This document shows positions 27,071-35,995 of a stretch of DNA of 64,000 nucleotides, piece by piece. Source of the DNA: an uncultured Acidobacteriaceae bacterium (GTDB taxonomy: Bacteria; Acidobacteriota; Terriglobia; Terriglobales; Acidobacteriaceae); the NCBI GenBank assembly GCA_963773955.1, contig CAVZDM010000026.1:6750-70749 (forward strand), read 5' to 3'. Position 1 is the stretch's first letter. The number at the start of each line of letters is the position of its first letter. The translations under genes and the position numbers were made by a program. Below the pieces are notes generated by a model. That model was not told where the DNA came from, ran no database searches, and saw only the letters and a program-made list of their open reading frames with translations.

Positions 27071-28207
27071 CTAAATAATAATTAGTTCTTTGTCCGTCGG
27101 CGTTAGCACTTCGCAGCCCGAAGGGGTAACCGCCACGACGTCTTCGATCCGCACACCGCATTGCCCGGGAACATATACGCCCGGCTCAATCGTAATGACC
27201 ATTCCCGGCTCCAGTTTCTGGGTTTGTCCTGCCGCCAGCCGGGGTGCCTCGTGTATCTCCAATCCTAAACCATGCCCGGTCGAATGGGTGAAATACCGGG
27301 CCAGTTTCCGCTTGCGAAGCACACGCCGCGCCGCGGCATCGATTTCGGCAGCGGCCACTCCCGGGCGAACGGCCGCGATGGCGGCCTGCTGCGCTTCCAG
27401 AACGGCTTCGTACAGCTGTCGAGCTTCTGCCGACGGCCGGCCGACGTGTACAGTTCGCGTGCGATCCGAACAATAACCGGCGAGTATAACACCAAAATCG
27501 CACACCACGAACCCGCGCCGGGGAATGCGGGCGCTGGAGGCCCGGCCATGCACGATTGCCGAGCGAGTTCCGGAAGCTAGGATGGTGGGGAAGGACATTC
27601 CTTCGGCTCCAGCGCGACGAGCCTGGTATTCCATGGCGCCGGCGACTTCGGCCTCACTTACACCCGGCCGAATTTTCTTGCGTGCTATGGGGAAGAGACT
27701 GGCACCGAGTTCAACCGCCCGCCGGATCAGCAGGATCTCGGCAGCGTCCTTCACCGTTCGGGCACGCTCGATTAGCGGCGGCGCGGGCCGGAGGCGGGCT
27801 TTTGTCCTCCCTGTCATCCTCCCTCTCAGCAAAGACGCTAAGCGGTCGCGCATGGCGGCGGTAATGGATTCCGGTTCGATGCCTATCGATACTCGCGCCA
27901 AAGATGCCGGCGTTGAACGTCGTTTGTGCGCGATCAGCCAGTCCGCAGCCGCCAGCAGCGGGGACTTCTGCGCGATGACAATGCTCACCTTATTGACGTT
28001 TGCGCCGTCGACCTCTTCTTTTGCCTGGGTGCGGTAACGGCCGTCGGTAAAAAGGATGGGGCCACGATCTGCGACCAGCAAAGCCCCGGCGCTGCCGGTA
28101 AAGCCACACAGATAGCGGATATTCGGAAGATGCGTCACCAGCAGCGAGTCGAGATGGTTCTCATCGAGTCCAGAGCGAAGGCGACTGAGGCGGCCAGAGT
28201 GGTCCAT
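27071..28207 (-). CDS. Xaa-Pro aminopeptidase (M24B family)
   Basis: Creatinase-like N-terminal domain. Metal ligands are in DFG...YCSD, HSTGHGLGLEIHE and TIEPG..., with a later EDVV. Confidence 0.9.
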   Translation of the reverse strand: MDHSGRLSRLRSGLDENHLDSLLVTHLPNIRYLCGFTGSAGALLVADRGPILFTDGRYRTQAKEEVDGANVNKVSIVIAQKSPLLAAADWLIAHKRRSTPASLARVSIGIEPESITAAMRDRLASLLRGRMTGRTKARLRPAPPLIERARTVKDAAEILLIRRAVELGASLFPIARKKIRPGVSEAEVAGAMEYQARRAGAEGMSFPTILASGTRSAIVHGRASSARIPRRGFVVCDFGVILAGYCSDRTRTVHVGRPSAEARQLYEAVLEAQQAAIAAVRPGVAAAEIDAAARRVLRKRKLARYFTHSTGHGLGLEIHEAPRLAAGQTQKLEPGMVITIEPGVYVPGQCGVRIEDVVAVTPSGCEVLTPTDKELIII

Positions 28208-28241
28208 GGGAGGAGTGTAGCAAGAAGCAGGTGTCAGGCCT

Positions 28242-28335
28242 CAGGTGTCAGGTCTCAGGAAACCCAAGTTTCAAACAATGCGATGTAAGGACATTCTCTG
28301 GAGCCGCAGAGGATTTTCCTGAGACCTGACACCTG
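28242..28335. repeat. REP-like hairpin with a 21-bp perfect stem
   Basis: CAGGTGTCAGGTCTCAGGAAA (28242-28262) pairs with TTTCCTGAGACCTGACACCTG (28315-28335). It is preceded by extra TCAGGYS units. Confidence 0.85.
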
Positions 28336-28347
28336 CGGCTCAAAAGC

Positions 28348-28400
28348 GAAGCCGCCGGACTCTCGGCGGGTTCTCCGAGAAAGCCGGCGGCTTTTGCTGT
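28348..28400. terminator. Probable Rho-independent terminator downstream of pilQ (bidirectional shape)
   Basis: GAAGCCGCCGG...CCGGCGGCTT stem with an inner TCTCGG/CCGAGA stem. T-runs lie on both sides (CTTTTGCTGTTTTT on +, GCTTTTG on -). Confidence 0.55.
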
Positions 28401-28414
28401 TTTTAACTTCGCGC

Positions 28415-30487
28415 TTACGTCTGAATGATGCGCGGAGTAATGAAGAAAATCAGTTCCTGACTGGTAGTGTTCACGGTGCGATGCTTGAACAGGTTGCCAA
28501 GGTACGGGATATCCCCGAGCAAAGGCACCTGCGATATGGCCAGCGAGTTCTGGGTCTGGATCACGCCGCCAATCACCACCGTCCCGCCATCCGTCACCAG
28601 CACTTGCGTGGTGGCCTGCTGGGTGATCAAGGCTGGGTTGTTGTTGAGGTCTTCGTGGCTGTAGTCAGGCAAGGTGTTTTCCACATCCACGTTGAGGAAG
28701 ATGGTTCCTTCGGACGTAATCTGCGGAGTCACCGTCAGGCGCAGGAAAGCGTCCACGTAGGTAGTGGTCGGAGGAGCGCCTAACGAGGCTGCGGTCATGA
28801 TCGGTATTTTCACGCCCTGTTTCACCACCGCCTGAATGTTGTTCTGGGTGACGATACGCGGACGGGAGAGAACTTTCAGCAACCCGCGCGATTCGGCCAT
28901 GGTAAGAATCATGTCGATCCGCATGTTGTTGGTGGCGTTGATAAACGACAGACCGCTGCTTGGTCCGGTTACGCCCAGGTTTGAAAACAACGGAATCGTA
29001 GTCCCGCTCGAAGGAGTGCCGTTGACGAGGTACAACGGATTGTTTACATAAGGACCGACGATGATCGGCGAAGCCCCCGTGCCTCCAGCGCCGGGTGCGC
29101 CGCCAACCGCGCTGGTGCCGTTGCCCCAGCCCATGCCGAGCTGCACGCCGATGTCGCGAGCGAAGCTGCGGGTAGCCGCCACGACGCGAGCTTCAATTTC
29201 AACTTCCTGCGTCTTGCGGTCCATCTGCTGGATGATGCGGTCAATCTGCGGCAGAACGGATGGAATGTCGTTGACGATGATCGCGTTGGTGCGTTCGTCG
29301 GCAACAATGTCGCCCCGCTGACTCAGGAATTTCTTGACCGGCTGTAACAGGTCCCTGGCGTGGGCGTAGCTGAGGAAGCGGGTAATGCTGACTTTATCGA
29401 CCGCGAGCGCCTCGGCATCGATCTGGGCGCGCCGGTTCTCGGCTTCCTTCTTCAACGTTTCCACAGTGGCGATGCGCAGGACATTGCCGTCCAGCTGGCG
29501 GGACAGATCGTTGTTCTTGAGCACGATGTCCAGCGCCTGATCCCAGGGCACGTCATCGAGCACGATGGTCAGATTGCCATGGACCAGCGGATCGAGCACG
29601 ACGTTCAGACCGCTGATCTCGTGAATCAGACGGAAGAAATCCTTAAGATCCACATCCTTAAGATTGACCGAGATGGGCTCGCCTGTGTACTTGGCGCCCT
29701 TCTCAGCCGGCTTCTGCTCCAGTTGGACCTTCTGCTCGGCAGCCAGATTGACAGCAGGCTGGATGGCCGGAGCGTTGGCGGTAGCGTTAGCGCCAGATTG
29801 TGCGAGGGCGGCATTGGTACTGGTAGCGACCAGTTCCGACGCCGTCTTGTCGGCAAACCGATTCGCCGCTTCCTCAGCCTTCACGGCCGGCTGCACCGTG
29901 TACTTGGGCTCGACGAGAGCAAAGTTCACCGGTGACTGGGGGTTCTCAGCCACGGCCGGAGCTTGCGCCACCGGAGCCGAAGTTACGGGAGCCGAAGCCA
30001 GCACCAGTTGGGGCGCTGCGCTCGCGGGCACCGATCTCACGGCCGGCGCGGGTTGGCGATGGGCCGTCACCGCGTCGTGGATCGTGAGAACGAAGCTGCC
30101 GTCCGGGCCCGCCGCTAACTCATGCTGCCGGCTGTTGGCAAGATCAAAGACCACGCGCGTGGTGGGCGGAGTCCGCCCGTCCATGCCAACGCGGACGTCT
30201 TTCACGCCATCGCTGCCAACGCTGATGCGGCTCTGCGCCGTGGCCATCACGGTGTTGGGAAAGTCGACGACGATGCGCGCCGGAGAATCGAGTGTCGTTA
30301 CTTTGGGCGCCAGGGCACCCTTAGCTTTGAACTCGACCCGCAATCCGTCCTGGCCGCGAGTGACCTCGAGCCTCTGCAACGCAGCGCCCGTTTCTTTGGC
30401 CACCCCCGTGCTCGTCGTGTCAGCCGCGGCTGCGATCATTATGAACGCCAGCAGCGGAACCAAGATGCCCAGCAGTTGCTTTCGCAT
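28415..30487 (-). CDS. pilQ: Type IV pilus secretin PilQ
   Basis: Signal peptide, AMIN-like N-terminal domain, Ala/Pro-rich linker, and a secretin C-terminus (...VPLLGDIPYLGNLF...ELIFFITPRI). Confidence 0.9.
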   Translation of the reverse strand: MRKQLLGILVPLLAFIMIAAAADTTSTGVAKETGAALQRLEVTRGQDGLRVEFKAKGALAPKVTTLDSPARIVVDFPNTVMATAQSRISVGSDGVKDVRVGMDGRTPPTTRVVFDLANSRQHELAAGPDGSFVLTIHDAVTAHRQPAPAVRSVPASAAPQLVLASAPVTSAPVAQAPAVAENPQSPVNFALVEPKYTVQPAVKAEEAANRFADKTASELVATSTNAALAQSGANATANAPAIQPAVNLAAEQKVQLEQKPAEKGAKYTGEPISVNLKDVDLKDFFRLIHEISGLNVVLDPLVHGNLTIVLDDVPWDQALDIVLKNNDLSRQLDGNVLRIATVETLKKEAENRRAQIDAEALAVDKVSITRFLSYAHARDLLQPVKKFLSQRGDIVADERTNAIIVNDIPSVLPQIDRIIQQMDRKTQEVEIEARVVAATRSFARDIGVQLGMGWGNGTSAVGGAPGAGGTGASPIIVGPYVNNPLYLVNGTPSSGTTIPLFSNLGVTGPSSGLSFINATNNMRIDMILTMAESRGLLKVLSRPRIVTQNNIQAVVKQGVKIPIMTAASLGAPPTTTYVDAFLRLTVTPQITSEGTIFLNVDVENTLPDYSHEDLNNNPALITQQATTQVLVTDGGTVVIGGVIQTQNSLAISQVPLLGDIPYLGNLFKHRTVNTTSQELIFFITPRIIQT

Positions 30488-30566
30488 TTCCCTATCCCCC
30501 CATGCGAGGCCGTTTCGCCTCCATGTGTTTCCTAGAAAGTCTTTCTTCGAAGTCCTGTCTCCAGGC

Positions 30567-31361
30567 CTACACAGCCGGAGTCGTAATTTTCTTCACTACT
30601 TCCCGTGTAAACGTCTTACCCAACCGGTCCTGCAAAGTTTCCTGGAAAACGATGGAGTCGCCCGTGATTTTCACCACGTAGCCGTTGAATACCGGATCGT
30701 TCTCCCGCAGAAAATACGCTTTGTTCATGCTGTTGCTGACCACGGCGATGAAGCCGCTTTCCGCATGTACCACACCACGCAGGTTGATGGCGCCAATTTC
30801 CAGACACTTCTTGCCAGTGCTGCAGCCCGAACCGCCCGTGTGACTGACTACCGGACTGATGAAAGGATCTCGTCTTCCGTTCGCGTTGTACTTAGTGTCG
30901 GGCGAAACCTGCTGCTCACTCGGCTCGCTCTGGCTTTCTATGCTTGCCGAAGCGCCATTGCCGGCTACGGCAACGGCCGCCGGCGAATTCTCTTGCGGAG
31001 TCACGGCGGTTGGCGCCGGCACGCTCACCAGGACTGCCCCAGCCCGTCTCGGGCCGCCCCTTCTTTTTGCAACTGCTGAACTCGGACCCGCGTGCCCTGA
31101 AGAAGACTTCGCCACCGCTCCACTCGACTGGGCCCGAGCATGCGCGGGGCTGGTGGCCACGGGCGCTGCCTGACGAAGCGCTTCATTCGAAGCGGCCGTG
31201 GCGTTGTTGCTCACGGCGTTCATGGTGTCGCGCGCGTTCTGGATAATTCTCGGACTCTGGGCCGAGGCCAAACCCGAGGCCAGCACGGAAACCAGAATTA
31301 CCGCCGCTACGGTGATCGCCGGCTTCGGCTTCGGCTTTGTCTCTGTCTTTATCATGATCAT
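30567..31361 (-). CDS. pilP: PilP-like pilus assembly protein with a long disordered linker
   Basis: Lies between pilO and pilQ. Has a TM/signal segment. The C-terminal RRDPF...LRGVV......A.V........L.END.V..GYVVKITGDSIVF fits the PilP beta-domain. Confidence 0.6.
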   Translation of the reverse strand: MIMIKTETKPKPKPAITVAAVILVSVLASGLASAQSPRIIQNARDTMNAVSNNATAASNEALRQAAPVATSPAHARAQSSGAVAKSSSGHAGPSSAVAKRRGGPRRAGAVLVSVPAPTAVTPQENSPAAVAVAGNGASASIESQSEPSEQQVSPDTKYNANGRRDPFISPVVSHTGGSGCSTGKKCLEIGAINLRGVVHAESGFIAVVSNSMNKAYFLRENDPVFNGYVVKITGDSIVFQETLQDRLGKTFTREVVKKITTPAV

Positions 31362-31373
31362 GATCCTGCCCTC

Positions 31374-32009
31374 CTACTTCTTCACCGGTGGCGCGGGTTT
31401 GCTGGCCGGCGCTACCGCCGGATCCAGGTCGTGACTGAAATAGGTCGTGGTCAGGCACGTGGCCACAACACTCTCACTGGGCGCGTACTGGTAGGTATGC
31501 TTCGCGCCCGCAGCGTTCGGCTTGCGGGTGGTCGCCACCAGCAGGTTCGAAACATTTACGATGCGCTCCACTTTGCCCAGCCGGTCGAAGAACCCGAGCA
31601 TCGAGTAGTAGGGACCATCAAACTCCACCTCGAACGGCACTTCGGTGTAAAACTCTTTGTTAACGTATGGCTTGGCGGTATAGCGGCGGATTTCCACTCC
31701 CGACTTGCGCGCTTCTCCGCTCACCATGCGCATGAAGTTATCCACTTCTTTTTCATCGGGCACGATGCGCCGCTCGATTTCGAGCTGCTGTTTCAAGCTG
31801 GCCAGTTGGCGCTCGATGTCGGCCAGCTTCGGCCGATAGGCTTGGAGTTCAGCGTTCTCACGCAGTTTGGCCTGCAGCTTGACCTGGGCCGCCGCGTTTT
31901 GATCGCGCTGCGACTTGAAGATCGTGTAATAGAGGGCACCCGTGCCCACTACCGCCGCCAGCAGCAGGACTCCCAACAACTTCACCCCTGTTAATTCGCC
32001 AAGATTCAT
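31374..32009 (-). CDS. pilO: Type IV pilus assembly protein PilO
   Basis: N-terminal TM helix, then a coiled coil, then the ferredoxin-like ...EFYTEVPFEVEFDGPYYSMLGFFDRL. Gene order supports the call. Confidence 0.8.
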   Translation of the reverse strand: MNLGELTGVKLLGVLLLAAVVGTGALYYTIFKSQRDQNAAAQVKLQAKLRENAELQAYRPKLADIERQLASLKQQLEIERRIVPDEKEVDNFMRMVSGEARKSGVEIRRYTAKPYVNKEFYTEVPFEVEFDGPYYSMLGFFDRLGKVERIVNVSNLLVATTRKPNAAGAKHTYQYAPSESVVATCLTTTYFSHDLDPAVAPASKPAPPVKK

Positions 32010-32023
32010 AGTCGGTTCCGCCT

Positions 32024-32635
32024 TTACGACTTCGCCTTTTCAGTCGCCTTTTCGGTCGCCTTTTCGCAGGTCAGCGTGAATTGAAATGCCTGCATGTCCT
32101 TTACGCTTTCGTCCTGAAAACTTTCCTTGATCTCGATGTTCTTGAAGAAACCGGTCTTCTGCAGATTGGAAATCAAGTTGGCGACGGCATCGCTCGACAG
32201 CGCCGTGCCGTCAATGGCCACGTTCGGACCCAGGTCCTGCATGCTGTTCAACCAGACCGCTTCGGTGCCGTTCACCGTATCCGCGATCATGGACAGCAGG
32301 TTGACCGGGCCGGTTTGGTTCGAGCGCAGCTGGTCGATGACATCCACGCGGCGTTTATAGGCCTCGGCTTGCTTCTGCCGCGCGAGGTACTTAACCTTGA
32401 TGTCGGCGAGTTCGCGATTTTTCTGCTCGGCCACCCGGGCTTGCACCTCGATCGATTTCTTCTCCCGATCGAGCTGGTACCAGTACGCGCCATTGATCGC
32501 GCCCGCAATCAGCAGCACGGCTGCGACTTGGACAATGGGCCCGCCCAGGTTGCCAAACTCGAAGCTTGGCATGCTGAAGGCGGGGCCTTTCTTGCCTTTC
32601 GGTTTCGGAGAACCCAGCAGGTTGATTCGGATCAT
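32024..32635 (-). CDS. pilN: Type IV pilus assembly protein PilN
   Basis: MIRINLL start, a TM helix, then a coiled coil. The 4-nt overlap with pilM is typical. Confidence 0.8.
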   Translation of the reverse strand: MIRINLLGSPKPKGKKGPAFSMPSFEFGNLGGPIVQVAAVLLIAGAINGAYWYQLDREKKSIEVQARVAEQKNRELADIKVKYLARQKQAEAYKRRVDVIDQLRSNQTGPVNLLSMIADTVNGTEAVWLNSMQDLGPNVAIDGTALSSDAVANLISNLQKTGFFKNIEIKESFQDESVKDMQAFQFTLTCEKATEKATEKAKS

Positions 32636-33687
32636 AGCTTTTCAAAGCTCCTCAGGGCCAAACCCACGGCCACTGCCAACTGGCCGGCGTTCTGTTCGAC
32701 CAGCTCCGCCCCGGCACCTTCCGCCGGAGCCAGCACTCTTTGAAACGGGTTGAACAACTCGACCGGCATCGAGAACTCCTGGCGCAGCGCTTCCACCAGG
32801 CCGGGAACCTTGGCCGAACCGCCGGCCAGATAAATCTTCTCGATGTGCTCGCCCGCGGCGCTGGCGCGGAAGAAGTCGAAAGTCTTTTGAATTTCCAGCA
32901 CAATAATTTCTGTGACCTGCTGCAGGATGGGCGTCTTAGCGTCGTCCTGCACGGTGCCCACCTTGTGCCCCAGCTTGAGCGATTCAGCGTCATCGAAACT
33001 GAGATCCAGTTCCTTCTGCAGCGAATCGGTGTACTGATGTCCGCCCACTGAGACGTCGCGCGGGAACAGCGGGGTCGTGCCCTTGACGATGTTGATGTTC
33101 ATCACGCTCGCACCCAGGTTGAGCAATGCCACCACCTGCGTCGGCGCCGGCTCATAGTTGTACTCGTAGCAATTCTGCAGAGCGAGCGCATCGATATCCA
33201 CAATAGCCGGAGTGCGGCCGGCCATCGAGAGTACGTTGGTGTAGTTGAGAATCTTGTCTTTCTTGACAGCCACCAGCAGCACATCCATCTGCGGGCTGGT
33301 CGCGTCGTCGGAAAGAATCTGGTAGTCGAGGTTCACATCCGCGAGATCGAACGGAATGTGCTGCGCGGCTTCCTTCTGAATGGTCTCGGCCAGCTCCTGA
33401 TCGCTCATCGAGGGCAGCGAAATTTTCTTCACGATCACGGAGTGTCCGCTGACCGCCGTGGCCACCAGCTTCGACTTGATCTGAGTGTCGGTGAACAGCT
33501 TGGCGATGGCGCTGGAAACCGTACCCGAGTCGACGATCATGGAATCGACCACGATGTCGGGCGCGATCGGCTCCAGTCCAAGGTGCGCCACTTCGATTCC
33601 AGCGCGTGTCCTCCTGAGCTCGACGGCCTTGATGCTCGAAGAGCCCACATCCAGACCTACTATCGTTTTCGATCCCATGCCAAACAT
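32632..33687 (-). CDS. pilM: Type IV pilus assembly ATPase-like protein PilM
   Basis: ATG 33687 gives MFGMGSKTIVGLDVGSSSIKAVEL (actin-like fold N-terminus). The remainder is PilM-like. Confidence 0.9.
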   Translation of the reverse strand: MFGMGSKTIVGLDVGSSSIKAVELRRTRAGIEVAHLGLEPIAPDIVVDSMIVDSGTVSSAIAKLFTDTQIKSKLVATAVSGHSVIVKKISLPSMSDQELAETIQKEAAQHIPFDLADVNLDYQILSDDATSPQMDVLLVAVKKDKILNYTNVLSMAGRTPAIVDIDALALQNCYEYNYEPAPTQVVALLNLGASVMNINIVKGTTPLFPRDVSVGGHQYTDSLQKELDLSFDDAESLKLGHKVGTVQDDAKTPILQQVTEIIVLEIQKTFDFFRASAAGEHIEKIYLAGGSAKVPGLVEALRQEFSMPVELFNPFQRVLAPAEGAGAELVEQNAGQLAVAVGLALRSFEKL

Positions 33688-33716
33688 GTGCCCGCCCTTC
33701 TCGTACCGAAGTTCGC

Positions 33717-33953
33717 TTACAGAGTTCCGGCAGCTTTGCCGGCTGCCTTGATTTTCCTTTTGCCCTGCGATTCCGTTTCCATCGACTTCTCTTCCATCCA
33801 CTGATCCAGCTTCGATTTTTTGAAGCGCCAGCGATTGCCCAACTTGAACGCCGGAATCTTTTGTTCGTTCACGTACTTGTACAGCGTGTCCGGACTCACT
33901 CCCAGATACTGCGAAGCTTGGCGAATGTTCATTACTTCTCGCGAGTCGGCCAT
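33717..33953 (-). CDS. Excisionase/MerR-type helix-turn-helix DNA-binding protein
   Basis: MNIRQASQYLGVSPDTLYKYVNEQKIPAFKLGNRWRFKKSKLDQWM is the HTH_17-type pattern. It ends 29 nt upstream of the pilM start. Confidence 0.7.
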   Translation of the reverse strand: MADSREVMNIRQASQYLGVSPDTLYKYVNEQKIPAFKLGNRWRFKKSKLDQWMEEKSMETESQGKRKIKAAGKAAGTL

Positions 33954-34482
33954 AACCCTTTCCCTCTCCCACCGAATCCCACCCTCAGCCTCGCCTTTTG
34001 TTTCCGGCTACGCTGAGGAAATTGGGAGAACCAAGGCCTCGATTCAAACGCGTTCGAGTGTATTTTGGTGTGCTGAGCATATCCCAACCGGAAGAGAGGG
34101 CCTCTCCAAGTGAATCTCACGGTTTTGTTGGGTTTTATGGGGGTTTTCTGGATTTCACAAAAAGTGGACTTGCAGTACTTGTCTACATATTGTGCCTATC
34201 GTCTCATGGATAGCTACAGGTAGTAGCTTGTGCGCAGGTACAGCACAGGTCACCCGAATTGCGGTAACTAAGGTACTAGAGACGGTACGGAAGTACTGGC
34301 ACGGGCGCGCAAAGCGCTGAAAATACGGCAACTCACTTCCCAGCTTTAACGAAAAAATCGCTGTGATTCTGGTTTCGCTCCGCGCTCGATTTCCGAGCAT
34401 TGCGGCGTGCTCCGATCACCCGCACTGCGTGAGCCTCGTCACTTTTTGTTTGAAAAGATTTCTGTAGGCTGATCTGTCTTCA

Positions 34483-34508
34483 AATCGCAAAGTCTGAATC
34501 GCAAAGTC
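34483..34508. promoter_or_regulatory. Tandem 12-bp direct repeat just upstream of the RBS
   Basis: AATCGCAAAGTC (34483-34494), TG, AATCGCAAAGTC (34497-34508), then AAAGTAAGGAGCACTC-ATG (34525). Confidence 0.45.
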
Positions 34509-34524
34509 AAAGTAAGGAGCACTC

Positions 34525-35715
34525 ATGAAACTACTGGTAATCGGTTCCGGCATGATGGGTTCAGCGGCTGCCTATGATATGGCGCGCCAGGAACACGTCG
34601 ACTCCGTCACTCTCGCCGACAGCGACCTCAAGCGCGCCAAAGAGGTAGCGGCGCGCGTCAACCGCATCACCGCCGGCAAGAAAGTCCGCGCCGTCGGGCT
34701 CGACGCTTCCAAAGAAAAAGAAGCCGCTCGCCTTATGAAAGGCCACGATGGCGCGCTTTCCGCGGTTCCTTACCGTCTGAACTTCGGCCTGGCAAAAGCC
34801 GCCATCGGCGCGGGATGCCATTTCGCCGATCTCGGGGGCAACAACACCGCGGTGCGGCAGGAGTTGGCGCTAGGCAAACAAGCTGAAAAACGCGGCATTG
34901 GCATCGCTCCCGATTGCGGTCTCTCTCCCGGCATGGCATCGATTCTGGGTGGCGAACTGGTTCGCCGCCTCGACGGACGCGCCGACGCGCTCAGGCTCTA
35001 CGTCGGAGGCCTGCCTGAGAAACCCATGCCTCCATTTCACTATCAGCTGGTGTTTTCCGTCGAAGGATTGATTAACGAATACGTCGAACCAGCGCGCATC
35101 CTGCGCAAAGGCAAACTGATCACCATCGATCCGCTCACCGAACCTGAACCGTTCCATATGGACGGTTTCGCGCCGCTGGTGGCCTTTCAAACTTCCGGCG
35201 GAACTTCCACCTTGCCCGAGACCTTCGAGGGAAGAGTGGGTGAGTGCTTTGAGAAAACTCTGCGCTATCCCGGCCATTACGATCTGCTCTGCGAACTGAA
35301 GGACCTGGGATTGTTTTCGAACGAGAAAATGCGGGTTGGCAGCGTGGAAGTTTCGCCGCGCGCGCTTTTGTCAAAAGTGTTTGAAGGGAAATTTGCCGGC
35401 AAGGGGCCGGACGTCTGCATCATGCGCATTGAAGCGCACGAGTCGGTCAAAGCTCCTGGAGTCCGCGGCTTGCTCGGCGGAAAACTCAAAGGCCGGGTCG
35501 CCAGCTTCACCATGGTTGACCACTACGATCCCAAGAGCGACATGAGCGCCATGATGCGGACGACCGCCTTCCCGGCGTCCATCGTCCTGCAGATGATGTG
35601 TTCGGGCGCGATCAGCAAGCATGGAGCAGTTTTGCAGGAACGGGATGTCCCCGCGGAAACCTTCCTTGAAGAAATCGAGCGGCGGGGGATCGGGATTGAG
35701 TATCGGATGGAGTAG
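34525..35715 (+). CDS. Saccharopine dehydrogenase-family NAD(P)-binding oxidoreductase
   Basis: N-terminal Rossmann motif MKLLVIGSGMMGSAAAYD. Length and C-terminal domain fit the Sacchrp_dh family. Confidence 0.8.
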   Translation: MKLLVIGSGMMGSAAAYDMARQEHVDSVTLADSDLKRAKEVAARVNRITAGKKVRAVGLDASKEKEAARLMKGHDGALSAVPYRLNFGLAKAAIGAGCHFADLGGNNTAVRQELALGKQAEKRGIGIAPDCGLSPGMASILGGELVRRLDGRADALRLYVGGLPEKPMPPFHYQLVFSVEGLINEYVEPARILRKGKLITIDPLTEPEPFHMDGFAPLVAFQTSGGTSTLPETFEGRVGECFEKTLRYPGHYDLLCELKDLGLFSNEKMRVGSVEVSPRALLSKVFEGKFAGKGPDVCIMRIEAHESVKAPGVRGLLGGKLKGRVASFTMVDHYDPKSDMSAMMRTTAFPASIVLQMMCSGAISKHGAVLQERDVPAETFLEEIERRGIGIEYRME

Positions 35716-35995
35716 GGAGCAACCACTCCGGAGTTTGGCTCGAAGATAGCTGGTGTGATCGCGGTTGCATCAACCATCTTCCAAATTGATCCCGAACGGC
35801 GTCTAATCTTACGACAGGGGCATTTCGAGCCGATTTTGCCGAAAATGAACACTTCTGAACAAACCTTATGCGGCCCGACAATGTCTAATAGGCTGTCCGG
35901 GAGCTTCAAACTAGAAATTGTGAATGCAACGTCGGTCAGTAGGATACCTAAGATGGAGACCCCGGATAGATAGAGGCGAACTTACGGGGGATGTT

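Noticed and set aside
34297-34311. Sigma-54-like TGGCAC motif (TGGCACGGGCGCGCA)
   Set aside because: The GG-to-GC spacing is one nucleotide short of the -24/-12 consensus, and the -12 element lacks TTGC. It also lies more than 200 nt from the nearest start.
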